From contig NW_027191469.1 of NCBI RefSeq assembly GCF_011745625.1, positions 487,677-507,676 on the forward strand: a stretch of 20,000 bases of DNA, written 5' to 3'. The notes under the pieces were generated by a model. The model was not told the DNA's origin. It saw only the letters and a list, made by a program, of their open reading frames with translations, and searched no databases. The position numbers were made by a program, and so were the translations under genes. Below, in pieces: positions 9,164-19,995 of the stretch. Origin of the DNA: Cladosporium halotolerans. Its lineage: Eukaryota. Every line of letters begins with the position of its first letter. The first letter of the stretch is position 1.

Positions 9164-11221
9164 CAAGGCGAGGCTACGGCCTACTCTATGTTCTGGGGAG
9201 ATAATCAATACCAGCAGGCAGCATAAGATGCTCTATTCCCGGATGGTGAAGCGTTGCAAGGGTCTTCAATGACGCCTTCGTGTAGGACTCCAATCCTATG
9301 CACAGCACGTCAGTATGTATGAATAGAACTGACTGAGTCGGCGCGATGCTTATATATTCCAAGCCCATTTTTTCCTGGTACGAAATAGTGATTGCTTTTC
9401 ACTGCGGTAGCTCCTTGAGTGCGGTCTTCTTGCAAGCTCAATGGGGTTTGAGCAACCAATGGAGTGAATGCATGTCACCGCTGCGTGGAAATGACAGGCG
9501 ACACCGCATGTTTCAATCTTAGTACGAAGCTCGGTCGTACCTCTCATCCACGTTGCCCAATACATGGATACCTAGACTATTCTTGCGCACACCCGAGCTG
9601 TCAAACTGCCTTTGCAATACCACACTGCAGTAGACAATAGCACGGCTGTTACGCCGTGCCTCTGCTGTGAACCCAAGACTCTCGATATCCGAAACGCCCG
9701 CAGTGAGACCAGTATGGCCTCCGACTGGCATCCCTCGTCGATCTCTTGCTGTCGCGTGCATGCTACACAGGGCCGCCAGACCTCGGATACCTGCAGACAA
9801 CCGAGTGCCGCTGTCGACGGCTAGCCGCTGGTGTGGCGCAACATTATACTCTGCGATGGCAAGACGATGATGGACATTGAGGAGAGTGCGCGCAAGTACT
9901 ATCACCAACGCGGCCCCACTTTAATCCTCCATGAGAAGAATCTTGCTTGCATATGCTGACAATCGCCATAGCAAACCCACAAGCGCCGGCATCTGTCCCC
10001 GTGCGAACCTCACTCTGCAGGGACGTATGCGACAAGAATGCCGAACGAAAAGACCAAACGAGCAAGCATACATCGGACTCTGAGAGAGCCCTGGAATCTA
10101 CAAGGCTATGACAAGCGGTGCGGTGTGCCGCCAGCCGTCGGAGCTGCAACCGTCCGCAAACTGGCTGCGGCCCTGTATCCCAGAGGTGCAGAGCGCACTT
10201 GCCGCGCATACATTGCTATGTTGAAGTCACCGGGTGGCTATCGTGCCACTGCTTCCCGCACGCGCGTGCTGCGATGAGTCTAAGAACTCCCGTGAGCGTG
10301 TGTCCGTCGGTCACCTCGTTCCGTCACGTGTGCTCCTGACCCTCATACCGCCGGCCCGCGGCTCCCTGGCAGCCGTCGACCAAATCTGCAAGACTGCAAG
10401 ACTGCTCGGCCCGTGGCCTTGTGCGCTTTTGGCTCTGCCCTGGCCCCAGCCCTGTAGGACAGCAGCCTGGGTGTATGCTGGCGTGGCGCATGTCCAGTGC
10501 TTCTTGGGCACGTCACGTTTGTTGCCCAAGGTTGCTTTCCCTCCTACGTCCACAGAGACTATGGAGCTCGAGCGTAGGGCCAATCATCAGGCCAGGGCAA
10601 CTCATAGTCTGTGCGCCCATGCTGTCAAACCAGCATTCTATGCAGCCTCAACGTGCTCATGCTTCCGGCAGGCAATGCTGTTAGTGTGTGCACCTGCCCG
10701 CTGATAGGCGCGGTCCTGCACAGCCTGACAATGCCTCTGCGGCCTGCCAGCGTATGCGCGGCCCGACAGCATGAGGGCACGTAGTTTGACGCATATGTAA
10801 GTTAGCGTGATCAATGTACTGCCTCATTCCATTCACTGCCGCTGTTTCAGACCTTAATCCGAGCTTGTTTTCCTTTGCTATTGTGCCCTGCGGACATCAC
10901 TACGCCTTCCCATTGGGCTACATCCTCGCGGACGATCTTTGAGCATATCCCGGGTGCCGGAACGGCCATCTACGGCTTGCTACTCCCGAGCTCGATCTGG
11001 CTGAATGCCAGCAAGTTGTCTCCACGCCTTGCGCGACGTAGCAGGGCTGCTGCATCTGCCTTCCCGCCTTGAAAACAACGGTATCTCCCTCGTCGATCAT
11101 CCCAGTTGACCACCAACGACTTCTCCAACATCCTGGAGCCTACCTGCAGCTCTGAGACACTTTTGGAACATTCATCGACTTACTGTGTCTGCTGGTTGCA
11201 ACCAAGTCAGAACACTTAGTC

Positions 11222-12864
11222 ATGGAGGCCACTTCGCAGCTGTGTCATTCGCGCACGTCGGGGGTGAAGTCGCCGCCGCCTCGTGACAAGGGCGGGGATG
11301 ACATCTTGCTCGACGCTTTCTTCGACCACTCGCAGCCGCTCGACAACTCAGCGCTTGACGCGCTTCTCGACACTACTTTCGACTCCCCGGACGACGCATC
11401 AACTGCGACCTCAAGCAAGACAGCATTGTGGAGACCTGCATATCCCGAAGCAGCCTCAAGATCACAGCAACCATCGCCAATCAAGATGGAGACTCGCAAC
11501 GATAGCAGCAACGCAATGTCGGACGCCCCGTCGCATTCGGACTTGTACAGCCTTCCGGCAACCACCGCTACGGAATACTTCGACTCAGCGACGAGCGTGT
11601 ATCCACCTCTCCCACCTTTTGACCACTACTCTGGCGCCCATGGTCCACTCCCTATGAGACTCGGCGGCCCACCAACCCTGTTCAACCAAGCGCACTACTA
11701 TCCATCGCCGGACCCTATTCCCAACACGAGCGGTTTCGATCAATCCATGCCACCTCCACAACACAATGTCAGTTACCACAAGCTTCTTCGAGTTGACTCC
11801 AGAGAAGGCACGGCCGATCTCCTCGAGTACGACGAAGCGTTTCCTGAAGAGGAAGAGGAGGGCGACGAGAGCCCAAGCGCCGAAGTCACCGATCCTTGTT
11901 ACGCGCAGCTACTCTACCGTTGCCTCCTCGAGGCTCCCGAGCACACAATGACTCTGAAGGACGTCTACGCATGGGTCTCGCAAAACAGCCAGAAGGCCAA
12001 GGAAGCCTCCACAACTGGTTGGCAGAACAGCGTAAGGCACAACTTGAGCATGAACGCAGTATGTGCCGAAGAACCTTCCAGTTCATACGTCCCCGAAGCT
12101 GACATTGTCCACAGGCATTCGAGCGCGTTACCTCCTCACGCGGGCCCAAGAAGTGCTCGCTCTGGCGCCTTACACAAGAAGCCCTGCAAAAGGGCGTGAT
12201 CTCTACCACCCGCTATCGCAAAGACCCCAAGCGCAAGTCAGAACGCCGCGCCCAGCCTGCCGTCAAGCGGCAGATATCCGGTGCCAAAGGAGGCAAGGCT
12301 ACACGCGACGCGTCTGCGCAGAGAAGAGCTATGCAAGCCAGGGCTTCCGGTATCCAGCATCTAGGTGGTATTGAGCGGCACCGTCGTACCCTTCGCAGGC
12401 AAGAGCCGCCATTCTTCCCGACCTCGAACTCCATGCCACCACCTCCCAACCGCGTCACATCCTCCCCACAGCCGAACTGGATGCCCAGCGGCCTTCCCGA
12501 TCCAACTTCCAGCTACTTTCAACAGCCCGCAAGCCCCTACTTCCTGCCTTCGACGGAAGATCAGTTCACCATCATGGGACATCACAGCATGTCCAACCCT
12601 CACACCCCGAACGAGGTCCAGCTAGGCTACGGCGCACAGGCGAAGCCGATGACAACGCCGTCAGATGCCTTTAGCAGCCCCTCAAGATCCTTCCTCACGG
12701 AGTTCGAGCTCCAACACATCCCTCACGAAGACCGCATACTGTTCGGCAACCACGATGACTTTGCCCCCGACACTCCGAGCCTGGCGACGGAGGGGAGCTT
12801 CGTCACCGACGAAATGACGCCTGCCACAATGGACAGGCTCTCTGTGGAACCGATGCGCTCCTGA
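11222..12864 (+). CDS. Forkhead (winged-helix) transcription factor, ~528 aa, 2 exons (11222-12058, 12115-12864)
   Basis: PCYAQLLYRCLLEAPEHTMTLKDVYAWV...GWQNSVRHNLSMNA|AFERV...SLWRLT...GVISTTRYRK. Intron 12059-12114 (GTATGT..GCTGAC..CAG) joins the two ORF-track fragments in frame and restores the NLSMNAAF motif. Confidence 0.93.
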
Positions 12865-13397
12865 ATCACGGGCATGCATGGAGTTAGGTTGGGCTGTAGC
12901 TATGGCTTTTCTGGGCTTAATATTTTCTTATTTCGATCAGATGTTTTTGGCTTTTGCGATGTAGCTTGCGTGTTCTGCTTCGTGTGCTCTGTTTCTATTC
13001 ATGCATATAGCAGTACAAAATTGAAACTCTTTCTGGAGATGCAGATCTCGAGCATCACGTGTCATCATTTGATCACTCCCACGAAGACAGTAATATCCTA
13101 CCGAAAAGGGTCGACGAATCAAGCAGTTCATTCCGCATTCAGCCATTGCGGTCGGACCTGAGTCCTAGGTCGACCGTTGTTGGTCTTGCATGCACGTGCC
13201 ATTCCGATCTGCGCTAGAATCTTGTGGCTTGTCCTCCTCTCGATCTGGCCTGCGGGCATGATCTCATCCCACTTGATGACCATCGCGTAAGGCCTCCAAC
13301 GCGAATGGGCGCGTCCAAACTCGCGTTTATGTTAGAATAATACCTTTCCGCACTGCACTGACCGTCCTGCAGTGTGCTAAGTGCGTTAGGATATCCA

Positions 13398-15317
13398 ATG
13401 GTAGGGGCTGCATTCTTCTCCCGTACATTCACCCCTCTCTCCTGCCACACTCTACACATCCGAATCTTTTACTTGCGTCCAGTGTCACAACCACACCAAG
13501 CGACATTGGTGATTCGCCAGAGACTCGCGACTATGGCACCAAAGCGCAAGGCCACATCGCCCATCCGACCGCCTCCAGATAGCAAGAAACGCGACACCGT
13601 CAAGCCCAGCAATGGAGATCCCAAGTTCGACCACTCGCGCCCCGAAGAGCGCGCCGGAATCGTCCAGCGCGAGTTCTATCCTCCTGAGATGAGCAATGAG
13701 CGTTGCAAACGATACAACGACGACGAGATTCCAAGGCCATTGACGACGCTCAATAACACGATCACTGCGACGCAGGCAGCGCGCGACAAGGTGCCTGCGG
13801 GCGAGAGCGTGGTGCACTGGTTCAAGCGCGACTTGCGATTACAGGATAACCGCGGTCTTTCTCTCGCGAGCCAGAAGGCGAAAGAGTTGGGAGTGCCGCT
13901 GATATGCATGTACATCGTCAGCCCTCAGGACTACCAAGCACACCTCACGAGCGCCGTGCGGGTGGACTTTGAAATGAGGACTCTGGAGGTGATGAAGGAG
14001 GAGCTCGCTGGACTGCATATTCCGCTGTATACCACAACCATTGAGGATAGGAAGGCTGTGCCGGGGCATCTGCTTCAGAAGTTCAAGGAATGGGGCGCCA
14101 AACACGTCTACTGCAACATTGAGTACGAAGTCGACGAGCTGAGGAGAGAAAACAAACTGGTCAAGAAGTGTCTGGAGGAAGGGATCAGTTTCACCGCGCT
14201 TCATGATGATGTTGTTGTGCCGCCTGAGACACTTATGACTGGCGCTGGCAAGCAGTACTCTGTCTACTCCCCATGGTTCAAGTCTTGGATCAAACATGTT
14301 CACGCGCACCCTGACTTGCTCGACGCCTTTCCAGCCCCGACCACCAATGATGAGTCTGCAAAGCGACGATTCAGCGACATCTTTAGCGCTTCAATACCCT
14401 CGGCGCCTTCGAACAAGCTTCTATCAAAGGAGGAGAAGGAGAGGTTCGCCAACCTCTGGCCACCAGGCGAGCACGAGGCTCAGGCTCGTTTGTCCCGCTT
14501 CCTTGAAGGCAAAGTCAGCAAATACCAAGACACCCGCAACTTCCCAGCTATGAATACCACCTCAATCATCTCCCCTCACCTCTCCACCGGCACGCTCGCC
14601 GCTCGCACAGCCGTCCGCGCCGCCCGCGAAGCGAACAGCACCAAGAAGCTCGACGGCGGCAACGCAGGCGTCGCCGGCTACATCTCCGAGCTTGCGTGGC
14701 GCGACTTCTACAAGCACGTGCTCGCCCACTGGCCGTACGTGTGCATGAACAAGCCTTTCAAGTACGAGTACACGGCAATCGAGTGGGAGTACAACGACGA
14801 GCACTTCGCCGCGTGGAAGGAAGGTCGCACTGGGTTTCCCATTGTCGACGCTGCTATGCGCCAGATGAAGGAGATGGGATACATGCACAACCGCTGCCGC
14901 ATGATCGTCGCGTCGTTCCTGGCGAAGCATCTTCTGTTGGATTGGCGCATGGGCGAGAGGTATTTCATGGAGCACCTGATCGACGGAGACTTCGCGTCGA
15001 ACAACGGAGGTTGGGGCTTCTCAGCTTCTACCGGTGTGGATCCCCAGCCTTACTTCCGCATCTTTAACCCTTTGCTGCAGTCGGAGAAGTTCGATGCCGA
15101 CGGCGAGTATATTCGGCGCTGGGTCCCGGAGCTCAAGGGCGTTGCTGGAAAGGCTATCCATGATCCTTACGGCCGTGGAGCGGGCAAGCAGGCGGAGAAG
15201 GCTGGGTACCCAAAGCCAATCGTTGATCACAAGCAGTGTAGGGAGCGGTGTTTGGCAAGGTACAAAGAAGGTCTTGGGAGGGGCACAGCGAACGTTGGTG
15301 GTGGCGTTCACAATTGA
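13398..15317 (+). CDS. phr1: Class I CPD DNA photolyase (deoxyribodipyrimidine photo-lyase), intronless; alternative in-frame starts at 13398 and 13533
   Basis: VHWFKRDLRLQDN, TSIISPHLSTG, ELAWRDFY, WKEGRTGFPIVDAAMRQ, GYMHNRCRMIVASFL, LIDGDFASNNGGWG, QPYFRIFNP, KFDADGEYIRRWVPEL, and YPKPIVDH; also has the fungal N-terminal extension REFYPPEMSNERC. Confidence 0.96.
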   Translation: MVGAAFFSRTFTPLSCHTLHIRIFYLRPVSQPHQATLVIRQRLATMAPKRKATSPIRPPPDSKKRDTVKPSNGDPKFDHSRPEERAGIVQREFYPPEMSNERCKRYNDDEIPRPLTTLNNTITATQAARDKVPAGESVVHWFKRDLRLQDNRGLSLASQKAKELGVPLICMYIVSPQDYQAHLTSAVRVDFEMRTLEVMKEELAGLHIPLYTTTIEDRKAVPGHLLQKFKEWGAKHVYCNIEYEVDELRRENKLVKKCLEEGISFTALHDDVVVPPETLMTGAGKQYSVYSPWFKSWIKHVHAHPDLLDAFPAPTTNDESAKRRFSDIFSASIPSAPSNKLLSKEEKERFANLWPPGEHEAQARLSRFLEGKVSKYQDTRNFPAMNTTSIISPHLSTGTLAARTAVRAAREANSTKKLDGGNAGVAGYISELAWRDFYKHVLAHWPYVCMNKPFKYEYTAIEWEYNDEHFAAWKEGRTGFPIVDAAMRQMKEMGYMHNRCRMIVASFLAKHLLLDWRMGERYFMEHLIDGDFASNNGGWGFSASTGVDPQPYFRIFNPLLQSEKFDADGEYIRRWVPELKGVAGKAIHDPYGRGAGKQAEKAGYPKPIVDHKQCRERCLARYKEGLGRGTANVGGGVHN

Positions 15318-15601
15318 ACGGCGTCTTGGTCGGGAGTTTGTCCCTTTCGAGATATGGAAGGGACTTGTAGTGATACCCATGGTAGTTCTAACGTGATTTA
15401 CTGGTTTTGGCTCTAAAGTGAATTACTCTATGTATATACCCGTCGTTATGTGTGCTCGTCGTCAGTCCACGCTTATCACCAGCGTGATCCCCTTCATCGA
15501 ACATGCGTTCCTCCCGTAGTCCCCCCGCATGGTATGTACTGATGCTCAACCCGGAGCACCATTCTCCCATGTATAATCATCTGTGACATCTAGCTTCTAG
15601 C

Positions 15602-18006
15602 TCAGGGAAGCAGCAATGTCGCGCCCCCCACAACGCCCGCGACGATTCCAACCCACTTCTTGACTTCCCAATCCTTACCAAACTCGATCGCCTCCACAAT
15701 GCCAGGGAAAGTCGCGCCGGCATACCCAGTCCAGAGCCCAGGCGCAAAGACCACGTGCTTGAACCAAGGCCTGCTGTCCAGGCCCGGCTGGTACAAGAAA
15801 TGGCGTTCAAGGGTCTTGTAATGCTTATTGATGGCGTGAATCTTTGCAAACAACGATTTCCTGCGAGAAGTAGTGAGATGAGGTGAGGATAGTTCGGCAT
15901 GTAGCTTAGAAGCGTGGTGATCCAGCGCCGCCGCTGAGATCTTGAAGGCCTGGATGGCTTTCTCCAGCGGCCAGAAAACGTCTTTGCCTAGCGTTTCTTC
16001 GGCGTTCGTCGTCTCGCGCATACGGTGTAGGTAGTTCTCGAGTCCGACGGCGTAGTCTGTGGCGTTGAAGCTTACGATCGGCTCTTCGACCAGCTTGGCT
16101 GCCAGCAGCGCAATGATCTTCGCGATCGCTTCGTGGTACTTGAAGCCTGGGTCGCCGTAGCGCTCCATCCACGTGAAGGAGTCGTAGTTGGAATGGTAAT
16201 GGTAGACGGGGCTGTTCTTTCCCTGGCCGAATTCAACGTTGATGGAGGGGATACCGGCAAAGTCCTGGAAGGCAGTGAAGTCGCTACCGGAGCCCATTGT
16301 GCTGATGTATCCATCCCAAAGGTCGGCTACGGTCTGATCTGCCACCGTCTGATTCGGACTTTGCACCTGAGTTGAAACTTCGTAGATGGCCTTGTTGAGA
16401 AGTGGTGCCGCGGAAACCTCGAAGTTTGGCCCGTTAGCGCCGACATCGACGTTGATGTAGGCGACTGCGGCTTTCGTAAGCCAGGGCAGATATTCTTCCA
16501 CCCATTCGGTGCTGCCGACAAGACCATACTCTTCTCCGTCCCAGGAAGCAAACACAATCGTGCGCTGCGGCTTCCAGCCCTTATCAAGAGCAGCACCGAA
16601 CGCGCGAACGACTTCATTGAGCGCCGCCGATCCAGAGTTGGGGTCTGCCGCGCCGCCAGCAATCCAAGCATCACGGTGGTTACCAATGATGACTACTTCA
16701 TCCGAGATAGAGCCATTGATAATGCCGATTGTGTCCCACTGGTCTGTTGTGACGTACTCTTGCTCGTTCATCAGATTCAGGGTTATTTCAGCTGGTGATG
16801 GTCCGATGTTGTAGCTGACATTCTTGTACCCAAGACCGCCTCCGTGCCACCAAGAGGACAGAGACGAAGCCGCTGGGCCATGTCCGTTGAGGGCGCGAAG
16901 AAGGGGAATTGCCTCAGCGTAAGAGAGCGGGAGGGAGGGTATCGTGGGTATCTTGCCTTTCGTCGGCTGACGAGGGACGCCGGGTTTGGACGGGTAGCCA
17001 ATCGTTGTTGGGTCGCCTGGTCCAATGCCTGCTTGCTGTCAGCCTGATGCGCTCTTTTTCGGTCAAGGATGCTCTTCTTACTCAGGTATTCGACGCTGCC
17101 CCTCTGCACTGAACGAGGATGGCGCGCAGGCCCATCAGGGTAAGGCTTATATCCATTCTCTTCGGTGATCTCGCCGTCGTCGCCGGGATCTGAGTATATG
17201 ACCACGCCCAGCATACCCAGCTCTTCTGCCCTCTTGACTTTGAGACCACGGAAGATCCGGCCATACTTCACAATGGCGATCTTCCCCTTGAGATGGATGC
17301 CTGCCTTGAGCAGCTCTTCGAAATCGGCGTAGGTTCCGTAGTTGACGTACACATACTGCGCGGTCGCATTCCCGCTCGCAGAGTATCCGTGGAATACAGG
17401 CATACGGTCATCCATTCCAGTCGTAGGGTCCTCTTCAAGAACGTCCTCTTCCAGTGTAGCCTCAAAGTCCACCTTCCCATGCTTCAGCAGAGCGAGTCGG
17501 TGATCTTTAGGGTAGTTGATGTAGACATTATACGCGGCAATGTCGCTCTTGATTCCCCATTCCTCCCATCGGTCTCGTGTCCACTCCGCCTGGCTCAAGT
17601 TCTTGCCTGCAAGATGGGGGCCAGCGGTGTAGTATCTGCTCCATTCGCGCGCTTTGTCGGCACTTGGCGTGTCAAGGAGGACCTTCTTCAGGTTTGAGTA
17701 GGACAACCCTTCGCTGTCTGGCCAGTGCTGGTGAGGAAGTCCGGAGCTGAAAGATAGTATTCTCCCACGGTCACCAAAGATATCATTATCGCCGCCAATC
17801 GCTATGCAGAAGAACACAATGGCGATGCTGAGCAGAGGGATGGCTATGAGGATGATCGTGCAGAAGCGGCGGACCTTGATACTTTGTGAGCTGGTGACGG
17901 CGCGCGTGGGTCATGGATAGAAGTTGCGTACACTTGTGTGCGGGTAACGATCGTGGGCGTCTGCAACGGGAACTCTTTCCAGCAAAGGTGAGCGCTCGTG
18001 AGGCAT
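15602..18006 (-). CDS. M28 family glutamate carboxypeptidase II / transferrin-receptor-like peptidase (Vps70/Tre-like), ~764 aa, 3 exons (18006-17932, 17874-17082, 17028-15602)
   Basis: Type II membrane anchor (FCTIILIAIPLLSIAIVFFCIAI), PA domain (YVNYG..DF..L...GKIAIVKYG.IFRGLKV), SVQRGSV, GPGDPTT.GYPS, Zn ligands GNHRDAW / ADPNSG / SWDGEEYGL / NVDV / YHYHSNYD, and TfR dimerisation domain (RPWFKHVVFAPG.WTGY). Introns 17931-17875 and 17081-17029 keep the frame (2295 nt). An upstream in-frame ATG exists at 18057. Confidence 0.93.
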
Positions 18007-18389
18007 CTTCGCGGTTTCTTCGCCGTCCGGGCGCTGTCTACGCTTTTCGCGTGCCATGTACAAATGCAGGCTGTGAAACCAAGCCCAGCTACCTAGGTAC
18101 AAGGCGACTTGTGAGCGTCAAGTATCACGCGACGCCGGAGGGCATGCCACTGACAGCGGCACGCATCTTGTACCTCAGCTGCCATCGGGCTATCACGAGA
18201 TTTGGCTGCGTCATGACGATTCCTGTCAGTCGCCTGCCCCTTCGAGCATAGTGCATGGTGGCTTCGGGCTGAGCCGCTGGCGTTGACGTGTGGGGGCAGC
18301 TGTTTGACCTCACCTCGTGCTGTCCAAGCCTATTGCCGGAGAATTATATCGTCAAATAAGCCACACTTTGGTTCTATTTTCTTTCCAAC

Positions 18390-18773
18390 ATGTTTCCTCG
18401 CACCTTCAAGTATTTCTCAAGGCCTTCGGCTTTGTTGCGGTGCAACAGAGCCCCTTCTTGCACCAGGGCTATGACTTTGTCTGCCCGGACACAGTCCCCT
18501 GCTAGTGGCAAGACTAAATCACAAGAGCCATTCGCCCAGCTACTGGACATCGATGATCCGGCGTCAAGCGATCCTAGAGCCAAGACACAAGAAGCCCAAT
18601 CGAAGAGCGAAAATACTACTGAGCCTCCAACCTCAGAATCCTCCGGTCCAGCGGCTCAGCCGACGCAGGAGCCCATGGCACAAAGCCAGAACAAAGATGA
18701 GCCACCGCACGAAGGTTTGAGGGGGCAAACGCAGGATGCCATGGCAAAGAGCGAAAACACTACCGAGACATGA
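18390..18773 (+). CDS. Small hypothetical protein (127 aa) with a basic presequence-like N-terminus and three internal TQE..(K/Q)S(E/Q)N..E repeats
   Basis: ATG-started ORF. The KSENTTE repeat copies differ only at synonymous third positions (aag agc gaa aat act act gag vs aag agc gaa aac act acc gag), which suggests coding constraint. Confidence 0.55.
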   Translation: MFPRTFKYFSRPSALLRCNRAPSCTRAMTLSARTQSPASGKTKSQEPFAQLLDIDDPASSDPRAKTQEAQSKSENTTEPPTSESSGPAAQPTQEPMAQSQNKDEPPHEGLRGQTQDAMAKSENTTET

Positions 18774-19272
18774 TGTTTCCGACATGTATCCTCTTCGGTT
18801 GGAGGAAAACGTCATCCAAGCATAGCAAACTATTTCTATAGCAAACAAGCAATACACAAGCAACTACCGTCCTCTCGGTAAAGATCTACTACTTGTTCCT
18901 CGCGTTCTTGTGATTGATTTGAGGTCTAGCAGTAAATGAAGAGCTATTACCCCCTCGCTGATGTTCAACCCAGCATTCTGTCTCCTCATGTCTTGCGCTG
19001 AACGCGACGCTATCTTCAAGTCATTTCTTCTCGGAACAGGAGCCTTTGGTTTCATGTTTGCGCTGATACCTCCTTATGCGATCAAATCGGTCATTTACGT
19101 ATACGAGAATGGCAGACCGCGTGAATCGTTTGTCAATCATCACGATAAACCAGAGGCTAGTGAGGCTGGTGAGGATGATGCGAGCATTGGTGATTGCCTG
19201 TCCACTGACCAGGTCTTTTGGATCTCTTCTCATTCCGCGTGTCTATCTAACTGCTTTACTACCTCGCACTCA

Positions 19273-19959
19273 TCACTCCATTAATCCCATCTCGCGCCGC
19301 ATTTCAGTGAATTTGTTGAAGACCTCGCGCGTCTTCTTCGGGTCAAAGACCCATTTGATCAACAGCGCATTGTATGCGCTCTCCCAGTGAGGTCCCGCCT
19401 CCGCGTGCTGGCGAATGATGGCGAGTTCTTCAGCAGACCAGAGCATCTTCTTGGCTCTGGTTCTGGCGTCGTGGATGCACTGGTACGTCTGCGCGGCATT
19501 CTTGAGGACGTGCGGGAAGCGCTCGCGGCAGTCGCCGAAGATTTCGAGGTTGCGCTTGTGGAGGTTTGCGGCGATGTACGCCTCTTGCTTCGCGTCATCC
19601 TCGTTGCGCGGCTCCTGCGCGGGCATCCGATCGACTAGGTAGTCCTGCCATCCGCGAGCTGGGTAGACTAGCTTGGTGGGAGACAGAGGCGGCGTTGCGA
19701 AGCGTTCGAAGACCACGCCATCAGCTCTGTCGTTGTGCAGCATGTTCATGTCTTCTTCCCTCTGGTTCTCCAGCCTTCTGAGCTCTTCGGCGTTGGCTTG
19801 AGCATCGGTATGGTTGTTGATCGGATCGTTTGCGACGGGAGTAGGATCTTCCGGGAGGAGTCCGCGTCTCAGCTGCTCATCTCTGAGGAACTGATCCTCC
19901 AGGCATAGATCTTGAATCTTGATTTTCTCAATCAGATAATCAATCAGGTAATCAATCAA
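19273..19959 (-). CDS. Hypothetical protein; 5' end uncertain (probably a terminal exon, or starting at the ATG at 19749)
   Basis: 228-codon open frame with protein-like, helical and charged composition and C/G-biased codons. The ORF-track start is TTG, immediately after an in-frame stop, so the true start is unclear. No family recognised. Confidence 0.6.
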   Translation of the reverse strand: MIDYLIDYLIEKIKIQDLCLEDQFLRDEQLRRGLLPEDPTPVANDPINNHTDAQANAEELRRLENQREEDMNMLHNDRADGVVFERFATPPLSPTKLVYPARGWQDYLVDRMPAQEPRNEDDAKQEAYIAANLHKRNLEIFGDCRERFPHVLKNAAQTYQCIHDARTRAKKMLWSAEELAIIRQHAEAGPHWESAYNALLIKWVFDPKKTREVFNKFTEMRREMGLME

Positions 19960-19995
19960 TCAGGTCCCTGATTGAGCTCGGACCTGAATAATCAG
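19927..19995. repeat. Cluster of (T)CAATCAG/AATC direct repeats with nested inverted repeats
   Basis: ctcaatcag ataatcaatcag gtaatcaatcaatcag gtccctgattgag. Contains a perfect 9-bp palindrome tcaatcagg-tc-cctgattga and an 8-bp inverted repeat tcaggtcc...ggacctga. Confidence 0.75.

Noticed and set aside
9350..11100. Several 60-156 aa ORFs between cactin and the forkhead gene
   Set aside because: No codon bias or recognisable motif, and mostly non-ATG starts; better explained as promoter or leader sequence.
18864..19284. 107-aa plus-strand ORF and short minus-strand ORFs
   Set aside because: They lie in the convergent 3' UTR zone with no motif or codon signal, and I found no good splice donor linking them to neighbouring genes.
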